Shown one piece after another: positions 54,899-63,893 of a stretch of 64,000 bases of DNA. The translations under genes and the position numbers were made by a program. Each line of letters begins with the position of its first letter. The stretch's first letter is position 1. Under the pieces are notes generated by a model. That model saw only the letters and a program-made list of their open reading frames with translations, had not been told where the DNA came from and made no database searches. Source of the DNA: a virus; IMG/VR virus record IMGVR_UViG_3300047498_000060, positions 109,052 through 173,051 of that record. One strand, 5' to 3'.

Positions 54899-56965
54899 AT
54901 GGCGACGTGGAACATCGAGCTTCCGACTGCCGACTGGTATCTGCCTGGTGACGAACGCATGGATGGCCTCGTGCGCGAAGTCACGGATCAAGACATCACT
55001 GCCATCGACACTGAGACCACCGGTCTCTGCGTCTTTCGCGATGTCCCCCTATACTGGTCGCTGGCGTGGGGCGAGAACCGCCGCTGCGCAATGCCCATCG
55101 CGACGCTCCCGTACTTCGAGCGCGCCTTCCGTGACCCCAGTCATGCCTGGGTCTTCGCCAACGCGAAGTTCGACGCGCACATGCTGGCCAACCGCGGCGT
55201 TGTTCTCGCAGGCGACTGGTACGACGTGGCCGTCATGCACGCACTCCTCTACGAGGAGGAATCGCACAAGCTCAAGGACATGGCCAAAGAGGTCCTTGGC
55301 TGGACCTGGCGAGACTTCTTCGACGTCTTCAAGCGCCTGGCTCTCCCCGACTACTCGCAGGCTCCGAAGATCCTTCGTGGAGGCCGCTTGGGTGCGCAGC
55401 CCACGCGCCCCGAGACCAACGCAGAGATGTTCATGCGCACGGAGCGCGACAACCTCTACGAGCTTGTCGACTACGCCTCGAACGACGCGTTCGGGACGCT
55501 GAAGATCTTCTGGGCGCTGCTCAAGGAGCTCCAGGCCTGCAACATCTACACGCTCTACCCCGAGTGGCTGCGGACGATGGCAGACCTCTTCTTCAAGACC
55601 GAGGTGCCGTACACCAAGGTCCTCTGGCAGACGGAGCGCAACGGCTTCTACGTCGACAAGGACTACTTGGTCGGTGTCGGAACGCCGATGGGGGAGGAGC
55701 TCAACGACCTGAACCGCGAGATCACCCGTCTTGCTGCGCAGGTGGGGATAGTGGGCTTCAACCCCAAGTCCGTGGACGACCTGCGGAAGTACTTCATCGA
55801 CATCAAGGGGCTCCGGCCGCTGATGATGACGAAGGGCGGCAAGAGCGGGAACAAGCAGGCCTCCATCGACAAGGGATTCCTCGAGCACTACGAGCACGAG
55901 GACGACATGGCCCACGTTCTCATGCGCCACCGTCAGCTCTCGAAGTTGAAGGGCACGTACATCGACAACATCGACGAGTTCCGCGACAACAACGGGCGCA
56001 TCCACACGAAGTACAACCAGGACGTGGCACGTACGGGTCGTCTCTCCTCAAGCGAGCCCAACATCCAGAACATCCCGAAACCCGACAGCGACAAGTTCAA
56101 GTTACGCGGAGCCTTCAAGCCCCAGCCGAACGCCGGCACCTGCCTCATCGTCGGAGACTACAGCGCACTCGAGATGCGTCTTCTCGCGTGCGCCACGGTC
56201 ACGAGCGAGCTCCCCAAGGGCGCTGAGGACATGATTCAGATCTTCCTCGACGGCAAGGACATCCACATGGGCAACGCGGCCATGGTGTTCGGGCCGCTAG
56301 TGAAGCAACGCTACGGCTGGGACCTGACCTACGACTTCATCAAGGAAGCGAAGAAGATCGACGGCCAGGTGAAGGAGGGCAAGCTGCCTGCGGAGGCGAT
56401 GACTGAGCGGCACCAGATGGCGCTCACCTTCCGCTCACAGATCAAGGCCACAGCCTTCGGGATCAACTATGGACTGAAGGAGGGCAAGCTCGGTCGTCAG
56501 CTCGGCATCACCAAGGCCGCCGCGAAGGACGTCATTGACCAGTACATGGCGGCCTACCCGGCGGTGGACAAGTTCTACAAGGACGCCATCGCCGAGGCGC
56601 GCAAGCTCGGTTCTTCGTGGACCGTGCTCGGCCGCCGTCGCACGCACAACGCCATCAACTCTCCGAACACGATGGACCGGTGGTCGGAAGAACGGAAGGC
56701 AGTGTCGATGGCCATCCAGGGGACGGCCGCCGACGTCGTGCGCCTCGCCATGATCAACATCAGCAACGCGCGCCTCGACTACAAGTACGGCTGCCACATG
56801 ATCCTCCAGGTGCACGACGAGCTCGGCTTCGAGTGTCCTCGTGAGACCGCGGAGGAGGCGCGCAAGGAGATCCAGTACCTCATGGAGCACGCCCTCCCCA
56901 CGCAGCTGGCGGTACCCCTCGAGGTGTCGCTGGGCATCGGTGACGCATGGAACACGGCGAAATGA
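54899..56965 (+). CDS. polA: DNA polymerase family A (3'-5' exonuclease + polymerase)
   Basis: DTETTG, NAKFD, YASND; TGRLSS..PN.QNIP; motif A DYSALEMR, motif B RSQIKATAFGINYG, motif C QVHDEL. Confidence 0.93.
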   Translation: MATWNIELPTADWYLPGDERMDGLVREVTDQDITAIDTETTGLCVFRDVPLYWSLAWGENRRCAMPIATLPYFERAFRDPSHAWVFANAKFDAHMLANRGVVLAGDWYDVAVMHALLYEEESHKLKDMAKEVLGWTWRDFFDVFKRLALPDYSQAPKILRGGRLGAQPTRPETNAEMFMRTERDNLYELVDYASNDAFGTLKIFWALLKELQACNIYTLYPEWLRTMADLFFKTEVPYTKVLWQTERNGFYVDKDYLVGVGTPMGEELNDLNREITRLAAQVGIVGFNPKSVDDLRKYFIDIKGLRPLMMTKGGKSGNKQASIDKGFLEHYEHEDDMAHVLMRHRQLSKLKGTYIDNIDEFRDNNGRIHTKYNQDVARTGRLSSSEPNIQNIPKPDSDKFKLRGAFKPQPNAGTCLIVGDYSALEMRLLACATVTSELPKGAEDMIQIFLDGKDIHMGNAAMVFGPLVKQRYGWDLTYDFIKEAKKIDGQVKEGKLPAEAMTERHQMALTFRSQIKATAFGINYGLKEGKLGRQLGITKAAAKDVIDQYMAAYPAVDKFYKDAIAEARKLGSSWTVLGRRRTHNAINSPNTMDRWSEERKAVSMAIQGTAADVVRLAMINISNARLDYKYGCHMILQVHDELGFECPRETAEEARKEIQYLMEHALPTQLAVPLEVSLGIGDAWNTAK

Positions 56966-57480
56966 AGGGCAAGAACATGGCCAAGAAGACCACAAGAACG
57001 ACGGCACCCAAGCGTGCGCCAATCAGCAGTCAGAACGAGATTGACACGTTCCTCCACTGCGGCCTCTGCTTGGAGGAGCTAAATGCGGGGGTAGGGAAGT
57101 TTCCTGCCGGTGTCCCGCGTACCGCGCAGCACTACGCCAGGCTCGAAGTGGGTTACACACCCACCGGGCTGCAGGTGCGTTGCGTACGGCATGACGTGAA
57201 CGTCATCCACCTCGATTTCGCTGGACAGAAGTTCCACGCGAACACCTCGCGCGCCTGCTGGGCGTGTCCCGAGTGTGGTGCCGGCTTTCAGAAGCACGGC
57301 ACCGGCCCCAAGGCGCGCGCCGCGTGCAAGTTCCCCCCGGAGGAGAAGCGCACCTGCATGGGGTTCCGCTGCTACTGCCGCAACGACGTTCCGCACTCAC
57401 ACGCGAAGAACAAGGACTGTCCCAAGGCCCACTGCGGATGCTGCGGGTACTTGGGACCCTTCACGGAGAAGAAGGCATGA
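56962..57480 (+). CDS. Cys/His-rich hypothetical protein
   Basis: HCGLC, CVRH, CPEC, CYC, CGCC. Confidence 0.6.
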   Translation: MKGKNMAKKTTRTTAPKRAPISSQNEIDTFLHCGLCLEELNAGVGKFPAGVPRTAQHYARLEVGYTPTGLQVRCVRHDVNVIHLDFAGQKFHANTSRACWACPECGAGFQKHGTGPKARAACKFPPEEKRTCMGFRCYCRNDVPHSHAKNKDCPKAHCGCCGYLGPFTEKKA

Positions 57481-57641
57481 CCGTCTACGAAGAGTATCGC
57501 TGGCACACAGTGATGGTTTTCATGGCCATCGGTGCCCTCATTCTGGGCGGCATGTACATCAACAACTGCGGTGAGTGCGAGGCCAGGGGCGGAGCCTACG
57601 TTCAAACCGCCTTGGGCTTCGCCTGCGTGGAGAAGAAGTGA
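57477..57641 (+). CDS. Small membrane protein
   Basis: TM segment VMVFMAIGALILGGMYI, then CEARGG...AC. Confidence 0.55.
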   Translation: MTVYEEYRWHTVMVFMAIGALILGGMYINNCGECEARGGAYVQTALGFACVEKK

Positions 57642-57973
57642 ACAAGAACGAGCTCGACAGAAGAACCTCCAACCAGATCGACCTGCCCATCCACAAGGTG
57701 CGTGAGATCACCACTGAGTTCTTGAGGCAGATCATCAAAGGCCTCCTCGAGCGCGGCGTCGGGGGCATCGTGCAGCTCGACGACTTCGGCACCCTTCACA
57801 TCTCTCGTCGCGTAGGTCTCCTAAACGACAACCCGGTCGTGAAGTACTATGTGAACCTACGCAGAGCCGAGGCTCTCACGCGTGCGTTACGCGCGAAGTT
57901 CGGCAAGACACAAAAGGAGATTCGTCATAGCCGAGCAGTTCGTCAAAGAGCAATGAAGCGCACAGAGAAGTAG
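57638..57973 (+). CDS. HU/IHF-like DNA-binding protein
   Basis: MNKNEL...V....TEFL..I...L....VQLDDFGTL. Confidence 0.7.
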   Translation: MNKNELDRRTSNQIDLPIHKVREITTEFLRQIIKGLLERGVGGIVQLDDFGTLHISRRVGLLNDNPVVKYYVNLRRAEALTRALRAKFGKTQKEIRHSRAVRQRAMKRTEK

Positions 57974-58002
57974 CGCGCGACTTCTCTGTGCTACACTAAG
58001 GC

Positions 58003-58476
58003 ATGGCTGCCGAATCCGAGAGAAAGAAACGTCAGTACCTACGCAGCGTGGCTCTGGGTCTGTGTCCCAGGTGCAACCAACGAAAGCCCGCCAAGAGCAA
58101 GAAGACGTGTCGGACCTGCAGCAATGACCGTCTCGAGCGGTACTACGAAAACAAGGAACACCAGCTACTGCAGCAACGTGCGTATCGGCAGCGACTGAGG
58201 GATGAAACGTACGCCGTGTATGGAACTCACTGCTCTTGCTGCGGAGAAGCACGCGTAGAGTTCCTTCAGATCGATCACGTGCACGGCACGGGAGCAATCC
58301 ACCGCAGAACGATCGGACGTGCATCCCATTCCCTGTTCATCTGGCTACGGCGTAACAACTACCCGGCCGGGTTTCGCATACTCTGTGCAAACTGTAACTT
58401 CTCCAGAGGAACCAAGGGCTATTGCCCCCATGAAAAGGAGCAAGAAGATGAACGAAACAGAAAAGTACGCCGTTGA
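58003..58476 (+). CDS. HNH homing endonuclease
   Basis: CPRC...CRTC; YG..CSCCGE..EFLQIDHV.G.G...GFRILCANCN. Confidence 0.85.
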   Translation: MAAESERKKRQYLRSVALGLCPRCNQRKPAKSKKTCRTCSNDRLERYYENKEHQLLQQRAYRQRLRDETYAVYGTHCSCCGEARVEFLQIDHVHGTGAIHRRTIGRASHSLFIWLRRNNYPAGFRILCANCNFSRGTKGYCPHEKEQEDERNRKVRR

Positions 58477-58615
58477 TGAGAACGTCGATCAAGAGCAGCT
58501 CGAGAAGCAGGCCGCAAGCGGATGCCCCGTGTGCGGTAAGAAGGTCGAACGCCACGGCAACGTGCTGATGTGCCCAACCCATGGGTCTGAACCCTTCGAG
58601 AACAAGAGGAAGTAG
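58448..58615 (+). CDS. Small Zn-ribbon protein with EKQAAS motif
   Basis: MNETEKYAVD...EKQAASGCPVCG...CPTHG; AAGGAG RBS. Confidence 0.6.
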   Translation: MNETEKYAVDENVDQEQLEKQAASGCPVCGKKVERHGNVLMCPTHGSEPFENKRK

Positions 58616-59866
58616 ATGAGCCGACTGTCCGTCGCCGAGATCAGCAAGCAGGTTGCAAAGCTACAAGCAGGTCTGAACCGCACCGCCGCCGAGAAAGGAG
58701 CGACGGTGTGCACCAGCATCGACCTGGCTCCCAACGTCTACTTCACGCGTCGGCCGAGTGGGATTCCTGAGCTTGACATCCACCTCGGCGGCGGACTTCC
58801 GGCGGGAGGGCTCTCGTATCTGAGCGGCCCGGATGGAAGCTTCAAGTCGAGTTTGCTCTACCACTTCATCGCGGAAAACCAGCGCATCTGGGGCGAGCGC
58901 TCCTGCGTGGCCCTCGGAGTGAGCGAGGCCGCACCCGACCACTTCTGGATGCGGAAGTGCGGCGTGCAGATCGCCATCCCCGAGGAGATGATTGCCGAGC
59001 GCGTAGTGATGCGGAAGCACAACGGGCTCCCACCCTTCACGAAGGACGAGCTCAAGGCCTTCCGTGCACCCACCGTCGGCAAGGTCATGCTCCTGCGTGG
59101 GGCCACCGGCGAGGAGCTCCTCGAGGCCATCCTCCAGTTCTTCGACTGGGGTGGCTGCGACCTCCTGATGCTCGACTCTGTGTCCGCTGTCCTCCCCGAA
59201 GCCGACGCCGACAAGAGCCTCGACGAAAACCAGAAAAGAGCCGCGGCAGCTGGCCTCCTCACCAAGTTCTTCCAGCACTACCTGAACGGGACGACCGGCT
59301 ACAGCGGCGCGAACAAGACCACGGTCATCTTCACATCGCAGGTGCGCTCGAACTCGAAGAAGGCCGAGGCGCCGGCGCACATCGCGAAGTACCTCTCCGA
59401 CTACGCCCCCCAGGGCGCGTGGGCCGCGAAACACGGCAAGCTCATCGACATCCTGATGAAGCCGGGCGAGAAGGAGAAAGAGAAGGTCGCCAACGAACCG
59501 CTGTCCCTGGGCGCCGCCGTCGAGCAGAAGAAGCGCCTCACCCAGACCGGCAAGCTGGTGCGGTACGAGATCCTCAAGGGCAAGGCCGGCATCCACGAGG
59601 GCATCACCGGCGAGTTCCCGTTCTCCTTCTCCGAGAACGTGGACAAGCAGCGCCTGCTCATCATGACGGGCCTCCGTCTCGGCATCGCTGAGGAGAAGAA
59701 CGGGCTCGTGACGTACTACGACTTGAAGAGCCGAACTCCCATCCCCGAGCTCGAGAAGCGTCCGATGGACGAGCTCGCTGCCATGCTGCGCGCGAACTTC
59801 GAGATGGAACTCTCGCTCCGCCTCATGACTCTCGCCAGCGTGGGCATTGAGTGCGCCTATCGCTGA
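58616..59866 (+). CDS. recA: RecA/UvsX-like recombinase
   Basis: SGIPELDIHLGGGLP.G; GPDGSFKS; LLMLDSVSA; IFTSQVR; QGAWAAKH. Confidence 0.85.
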   Translation: MSRLSVAEISKQVAKLQAGLNRTAAEKGATVCTSIDLAPNVYFTRRPSGIPELDIHLGGGLPAGGLSYLSGPDGSFKSSLLYHFIAENQRIWGERSCVALGVSEAAPDHFWMRKCGVQIAIPEEMIAERVVMRKHNGLPPFTKDELKAFRAPTVGKVMLLRGATGEELLEAILQFFDWGGCDLLMLDSVSAVLPEADADKSLDENQKRAAAAGLLTKFFQHYLNGTTGYSGANKTTVIFTSQVRSNSKKAEAPAHIAKYLSDYAPQGAWAAKHGKLIDILMKPGEKEKEKVANEPLSLGAAVEQKKRLTQTGKLVRYEILKGKAGIHEGITGEFPFSFSENVDKQRLLIMTGLRLGIAEEKNGLVTYYDLKSRTPIPELEKRPMDELAAMLRANFEMELSLRLMTLASVGIECAYR

Positions 59867-60411
59867 GCCTGGAAGCGCACGAGGGGGAGTGCAGCCGCTG
59901 CGAGGCGAAGGGTCAGGTCATCCTTCACTTTGCAGTGACGACCGAGGAGGAGGTCGGTGACCTGCCGGCCTTGTGCGTGGCCTGCGCCATCAAAGGCGGC
60001 GAGATCACCACCTTCCTGGCGCCTCTCGTCGAGAAGCCCTCGAGAAGGAAGGCGTTCAAGAAGGCGAAGAAGACCTCACTGAAACAGGAGGTGGAGGTCT
60101 GCGAGCTCCTTGGCGCGCGCACTCAGCCCGGCTCCGGCAACCAGGCCGGGGCCAAGGGAGACGGCAGAAGGAAGGGTGAGCTCCGCATCGAGGCGAAGTT
60201 CACGAAGGCCGAGTCTTACAGCCTAAAGCTCGAGGAACTCGGCAAGCTAATGGGTGAGGCGGCACAGGGAGAGCTCCCAGTGTTCGTCATAGACTACCTC
60301 GATCCGGGGACAAGCAAGCTGCGGGACCGCTATGCAGTCCTTCCGTTCGCAGACGCACAGGAACTCATCGAGCTCAGGAGAGAGAAGAATGCCACTACGA
60401 AGCATCGCTGA
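59851..60411 (+). CDS. PD-(D/E)xK nuclease (Hjc-like resolvase) with N-terminal Zn motif
   Basis: CSRC/CVAC; QE...PGSGN..KGD...RIEAKFT. Confidence 0.65.
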   Translation: MRLSLSLEAHEGECSRCEAKGQVILHFAVTTEEEVGDLPALCVACAIKGGEITTFLAPLVEKPSRRKAFKKAKKTSLKQEVEVCELLGARTQPGSGNQAGAKGDGRRKGELRIEAKFTKAESYSLKLEELGKLMGEAAQGELPVFVIDYLDPGTSKLRDRYAVLPFADAQELIELRREKNATTKHR

Positions 60412-61270
60412 CCTAAACGGTCCGCCTGACGAGATCGCCCGGCGGATCAACCAAGCGAAGCAGCTGTCCGTCCTCTACGACACCTACGTCAACACAACGC
60501 AGGACGGCCACGAGCGCGAGCCCGGCATCCACGCCTCAGAGCTCTACCCCTGCCTGCGCCAGCCGGTCTACTCGTTGACCAACACCCCACGGAAGCCGAA
60601 TGTCCGGAAGTACTGGAAGCAGCGCTTCAAGATGGGGCAGAAGATCCACGACCTAGTGCAGGAGGACTTCGAGAAGATCTCTAAAGCCACTGTGCAGACC
60701 GAGGCTTTTCGCATCGCCACAGCGATGGCACTCCAGATGAACTGCCGCATCGAGTTCCAGAAGGAAGCCAAGGTCCATCCCAGACTTCAGGCCATCGCCG
60801 CGTACTGGAAGATCTACTCTGCGTGTGACGGCATCTTCACCTTCATCGATCTGGACACCAACGAGGTCGTGCTCCGCGTTGGCCTCGAGATCAAGTCGGA
60901 GGCAATGGACGGCTACGCCGCACTCAAGGCTCCGAAGTTCGAGCACATGAGGCAGGGCCACCTCTACATGGGCTGCTACGACCTGCCGCTCATGTGGTTC
61001 TTCTACATGAACAAGAACAACCAGAACAACACGAAATCAGAGTCTCCCTTCCTCGTAGTGTTCCAGCCGGAGATCTGGCAGGAGCTCGAACAGCGCTTCG
61101 TAGAGATCCACACGCACGCGGCCAACAGGACCCTCCCCGAAAGGACTGAGACCATCATCTGCGAGTTCTGTGCGTGGAACTACACCTGCGAGCCCAAAGC
61201 CGAGAAGATCCAAGCGAAGCAACTCGTACGAGGCAAGAACGAATCCCTCCGTCCACAAGGAAAGGTCTGA
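60389..61270 (+). CDS. Cas4/RecB-like exonuclease
   Basis: HASELYPCLRQ, G.KIH, CDG...LEIKS, Q..LYM, CEFC.....C (Fe-S staple pattern). Confidence 0.78.
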   Translation: MPLRSIADLNGPPDEIARRINQAKQLSVLYDTYVNTTQDGHEREPGIHASELYPCLRQPVYSLTNTPRKPNVRKYWKQRFKMGQKIHDLVQEDFEKISKATVQTEAFRIATAMALQMNCRIEFQKEAKVHPRLQAIAAYWKIYSACDGIFTFIDLDTNEVVLRVGLEIKSEAMDGYAALKAPKFEHMRQGHLYMGCYDLPLMWFFYMNKNNQNNTKSESPFLVVFQPEIWQELEQRFVEIHTHAANRTLPERTETIICEFCAWNYTCEPKAEKIQAKQLVRGKNESLRPQGKV

Positions 61271-61271
61271 C

Positions 61272-61958
61272 ATGCGCGAACCTAGGCCGGCCCACAGCCC
61301 TCCCCCTCTCGACCAGCCGTACCCGCAACCTGGCGGGCTGCAGCTACCCCGAGACGTGGGCATCGCAGAGAGTACTGCAGCAGCCGTCGAACAGCGATGG
61401 AGCGCCACCATCGAACGAGTAAACGCGCGACTGCACGCTCAGGGCTTCTATGACGTCGCTCAGCCACAGCTTCAATGCCCCGAAGTCTCGACCGAGGCGC
61501 TGCTGTCCACGGACCTCCGCAGCTACACGGTCACCTACGCCGGGCAGCTGCAGTGGTACCGCTACACGGTGGTGCTGCTGGCGAAGGTGCGCGCCACGCT
61601 TCTCGGCGTCGAAAATGAGATGTCGGACATCGCTGCCAAGAAGCGCATCGAGTTCCGAAAACAGAACCAGACTGCGGCGAAGGCCGACAAGCTGGGCACC
61701 CAGGAGATGGCGGACCTCATCGATCAAGACCCCATCTACAACGACCTCAAGCTCCAGGAGCAAGAGCTCACGCAGTACAAGCTACAGATCCAGGTGCGGG
61801 CCGAGACGCTCGAGGAATCGCTGAAGGTGGTCTCCAGGCAGATCGAGAATCGCAAAATGGAGACGAGCGCCGGCGGACGCGAACAGAATATGCCGTACGG
61901 CAACCGACCTCCAGGACCACAACCGCAGCCAGTTCAAGGGTGGAAACCGCACGGATGA
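61272..61958 (+). CDS. Coiled-coil protein, UvsY-like recombination mediator (inferred)
   Basis: Long heptad helices with DP.Y..L...E...VSRQI..R; in the recombination cluster. Confidence 0.5.
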   Translation: MREPRPAHSPPPLDQPYPQPGGLQLPRDVGIAESTAAAVEQRWSATIERVNARLHAQGFYDVAQPQLQCPEVSTEALLSTDLRSYTVTYAGQLQWYRYTVVLLAKVRATLLGVENEMSDIAAKKRIEFRKQNQTAAKADKLGTQEMADLIDQDPIYNDLKLQEQELTQYKLQIQVRAETLEESLKVVSRQIENRKMETSAGGREQNMPYGNRPPGPQPQPVQGWKPHG

Positions 61959-62401
61959 TTCGACTCGAGCTGCCGTTCATACCGCCGTCGTCGAACAAGG
62001 CGTACTTCAACCTACCGACCGGAGGGCGCGGGCTCGCTACTGCGGGCAAGAAGTTCAAGAACGAGACCACGGCACACCTCGTGCGCACCTACCCGCAGGA
62101 GCTCCGCTTCTTCCAGGACAACAAGCCCTACCTAGTTCTAATCCGTTTCTTCTTCGAGGATGTGGAGACGAAGGGCTTCTCCAGCGGCAAAGCGAAGAAC
62201 CGGTACAAAGTGTTCGACGGCGGCAATCGAACCAAGCTACTGGAAGACGTCCTCAAGGACGTGGGCGGCATCGACGACTCGCAAACGCTGACGTCGATCT
62301 GGGAGAAGAAGCAAGGTCTCCCTGAGCGCACGCTGCTTTGGGCCTGGAATATCGAGGAGGAGGCAACGCCGTTCGATGGAGCACTCGCAAGTCTCACCTA
62401 G
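61955..62401 (+). CDS. RusA-like Holliday junction resolvase
   Basis: LELPFIPPSSNKAY...DGGNRTKLLEDVL...IDDSQ. Confidence 0.78.
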   Translation: MIRLELPFIPPSSNKAYFNLPTGGRGLATAGKKFKNETTAHLVRTYPQELRFFQDNKPYLVLIRFFFEDVETKGFSSGKAKNRYKVFDGGNRTKLLEDVLKDVGGIDDSQTLTSIWEKKQGLPERTLLWAWNIEEEATPFDGALASLT

Positions 62402-62765
62402 CCTCGCAGTCGAGTACCTCTACAGCCTCTACGAGGGATGCAATCACACCGAGCTCTACCAGATCGCGAGGGCCGCTGGCCACAACGTCCTACCCAGCCT
62501 CGATCGAGAAGCACTCATCCGCATCATCATCGGCGCCGAACAACCGCCACCGCTCTTCGAGCACATCGTCGACGAGTATCGGCGCGCCATCATGGCCTTC
62601 GTCATCGACCACCGGAAGGCACTGGAAACGCAGATCAAGTGCCCTGCGCGTTCTTTCAAGCCCGACGCGTGCTTCGGATGTCTCGACCAACAGGTCTTCA
62701 GCTGCCTCGTAAGCAACCCCAATCAGCAACGACTCATCCAGCTCTACAAGAGAAAGCTCACGTAA
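62376..62765 (+). CDS. Hypothetical protein with Cys motif
   Basis: GGAGG RBS; CPA....ACFGC....C. Confidence 0.6.
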   Translation: MEHSQVSPSLAVEYLYSLYEGCNHTELYQIARAAGHNVLPSLDREALIRIIIGAEQPPPLFEHIVDEYRRAIMAFVIDHRKALETQIKCPARSFKPDACFGCLDQQVFSCLVSNPNQQRLIQLYKRKLT

Positions 62766-62780
62766 GGAGACCACCCCCGC

Positions 62781-63893
62781 ATGTCTGACGATTCACTCGC
62801 GCCGCTCACCATTCAAACGGCACCTCGCAATGCACAGGTGCTGATGGAACAAACCTCTCACACTCTCCGAACGCTGGCGTACGACCTCGGGCGGCTCACC
62901 AGCGGTGAGCAGATGCTGGCGTGGCATCCGCTCACGCATCAGCAGCGCGCCGAACTCGTGCTCGTTGGTCTCCAAGAGTGGGACAAGCAGAATCCCGGAG
63001 CCTACGCAGGTCCCGCCATCACCCCAGGCCCTCAACCCCAACAGTCTGTACAACCCCAGGAGACCGCCGCACCCATGAACCAGCCTCCCCCGTACCCGCC
63101 CCAGCAGTTCCAGCAGCCCCCGCAGCAGCCCCAGTTCCAGCAACCCCAGTTCCAGCAGCAGGCTTCTCAGCAACCGGGCTTCGGGCAGCAGCAGGCGCCC
63201 CAGGGGTACGGAGCTCCGCAGCCTGGCTTCGGACCGCCGCAGGCTCCCCAGCAAGCGCCCCAGTATGCGCCGCCCCAGGCTCCGCAGGGCGGGCCTCCCC
63301 CGCCGCCGGCGTTCACCCCACAGGCCCAGCCGTACCCCCAGCAGCAGGTGGCGCCCATGATGCAGCAGCAGATGGCGCCGCAGTACCCGCAGGGGAACTT
63401 CCCCCAACAGCCCGCTGCGGGGCAGCTGCAGGCTCCGCAGCTCCAGCAACCGCCGTCCTTCCAGCCGAACGGAGCTCCGCGTCCTGCGGGCTTCCAGCCT
63501 CCGGCCATCGTCCCCCCGCCGCAGCCTGCGACGCCTCCCCAGGCCCCGCCTATGCAGCAACAGCCGATGTTCCCCGCCCCTGCTGGAGCTCCTCAGGGGT
63601 TCGCCGGCGCAGAGACCGAGGCACTGGGCAAGACGCGTGGCAAACGCGAACCCAAGGCCGCAGCAGCTGGAGCTTCGGGTGACCTCCTCCAGCTCCTCAC
63701 CAATCTCACGGCACTGGTGCAGCAGCAGGGCGAAGAGATCGCCGTGCTGAAACGCCTGGCAGGCGTGGCGGCTGCAGGCGCGGTCACCACCTACTGCTCC
63801 ACCTACGGCACACGCGACGCCGCGGCTGCGTTGCAGAGCCTGCTCAACGAGGGCTCGGTCATCACGCAGCAGCTCACTCCGGGAAAAGACTAG
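62781..63893 (+). CDS. P/Q-rich low-complexity protein ending at a slippery site
   Basis: AAGGAG RBS; ~190-aa P/Q tract between folded ends; ends CCG GGA AAA GAC TAG. Confidence 0.75.
   Translation: MSDDSLAPLTIQTAPRNAQVLMEQTSHTLRTLAYDLGRLTSGEQMLAWHPLTHQQRAELVLVGLQEWDKQNPGAYAGPAITPGPQPQQSVQPQETAAPMNQPPPYPPQQFQQPPQQPQFQQPQFQQQASQQPGFGQQQAPQGYGAPQPGFGPPQAPQQAPQYAPPQAPQGGPPPPPAFTPQAQPYPQQQVAPMMQQQMAPQYPQGNFPQQPAAGQLQAPQLQQPPSFQPNGAPRPAGFQPPAIVPPPQPATPPQAPPMQQQPMFPAPAGAPQGFAGAETEALGKTRGKREPKAAAAGASGDLLQLLTNLTALVQQQGEEIAVLKRLAGVAAAGAVTTYCSTYGTRDAAAALQSLLNEGSVITQQLTPGKD

Noticed and set aside
60389-61270. Cas4-like gene as evidence of a CRISPR-Cas system
   Set aside because: No repeat-spacer array or other cas genes seen; solo Cas4-like nucleases are common in phage recombination clusters.
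61255-61270. CAA GGA AAG near the Cas4-like stop as a third slippery site
   Set aside because: Imperfect heptamer (A GGA AAG), and the next gene has its own ATG at 61272.
63080-63600. CAG/CCG-rich stretch as a DNA tandem repeat array
   Set aside because: Imperfect and codon-phased; reflects P/Q protein composition rather than a fixed DNA repeat unit.
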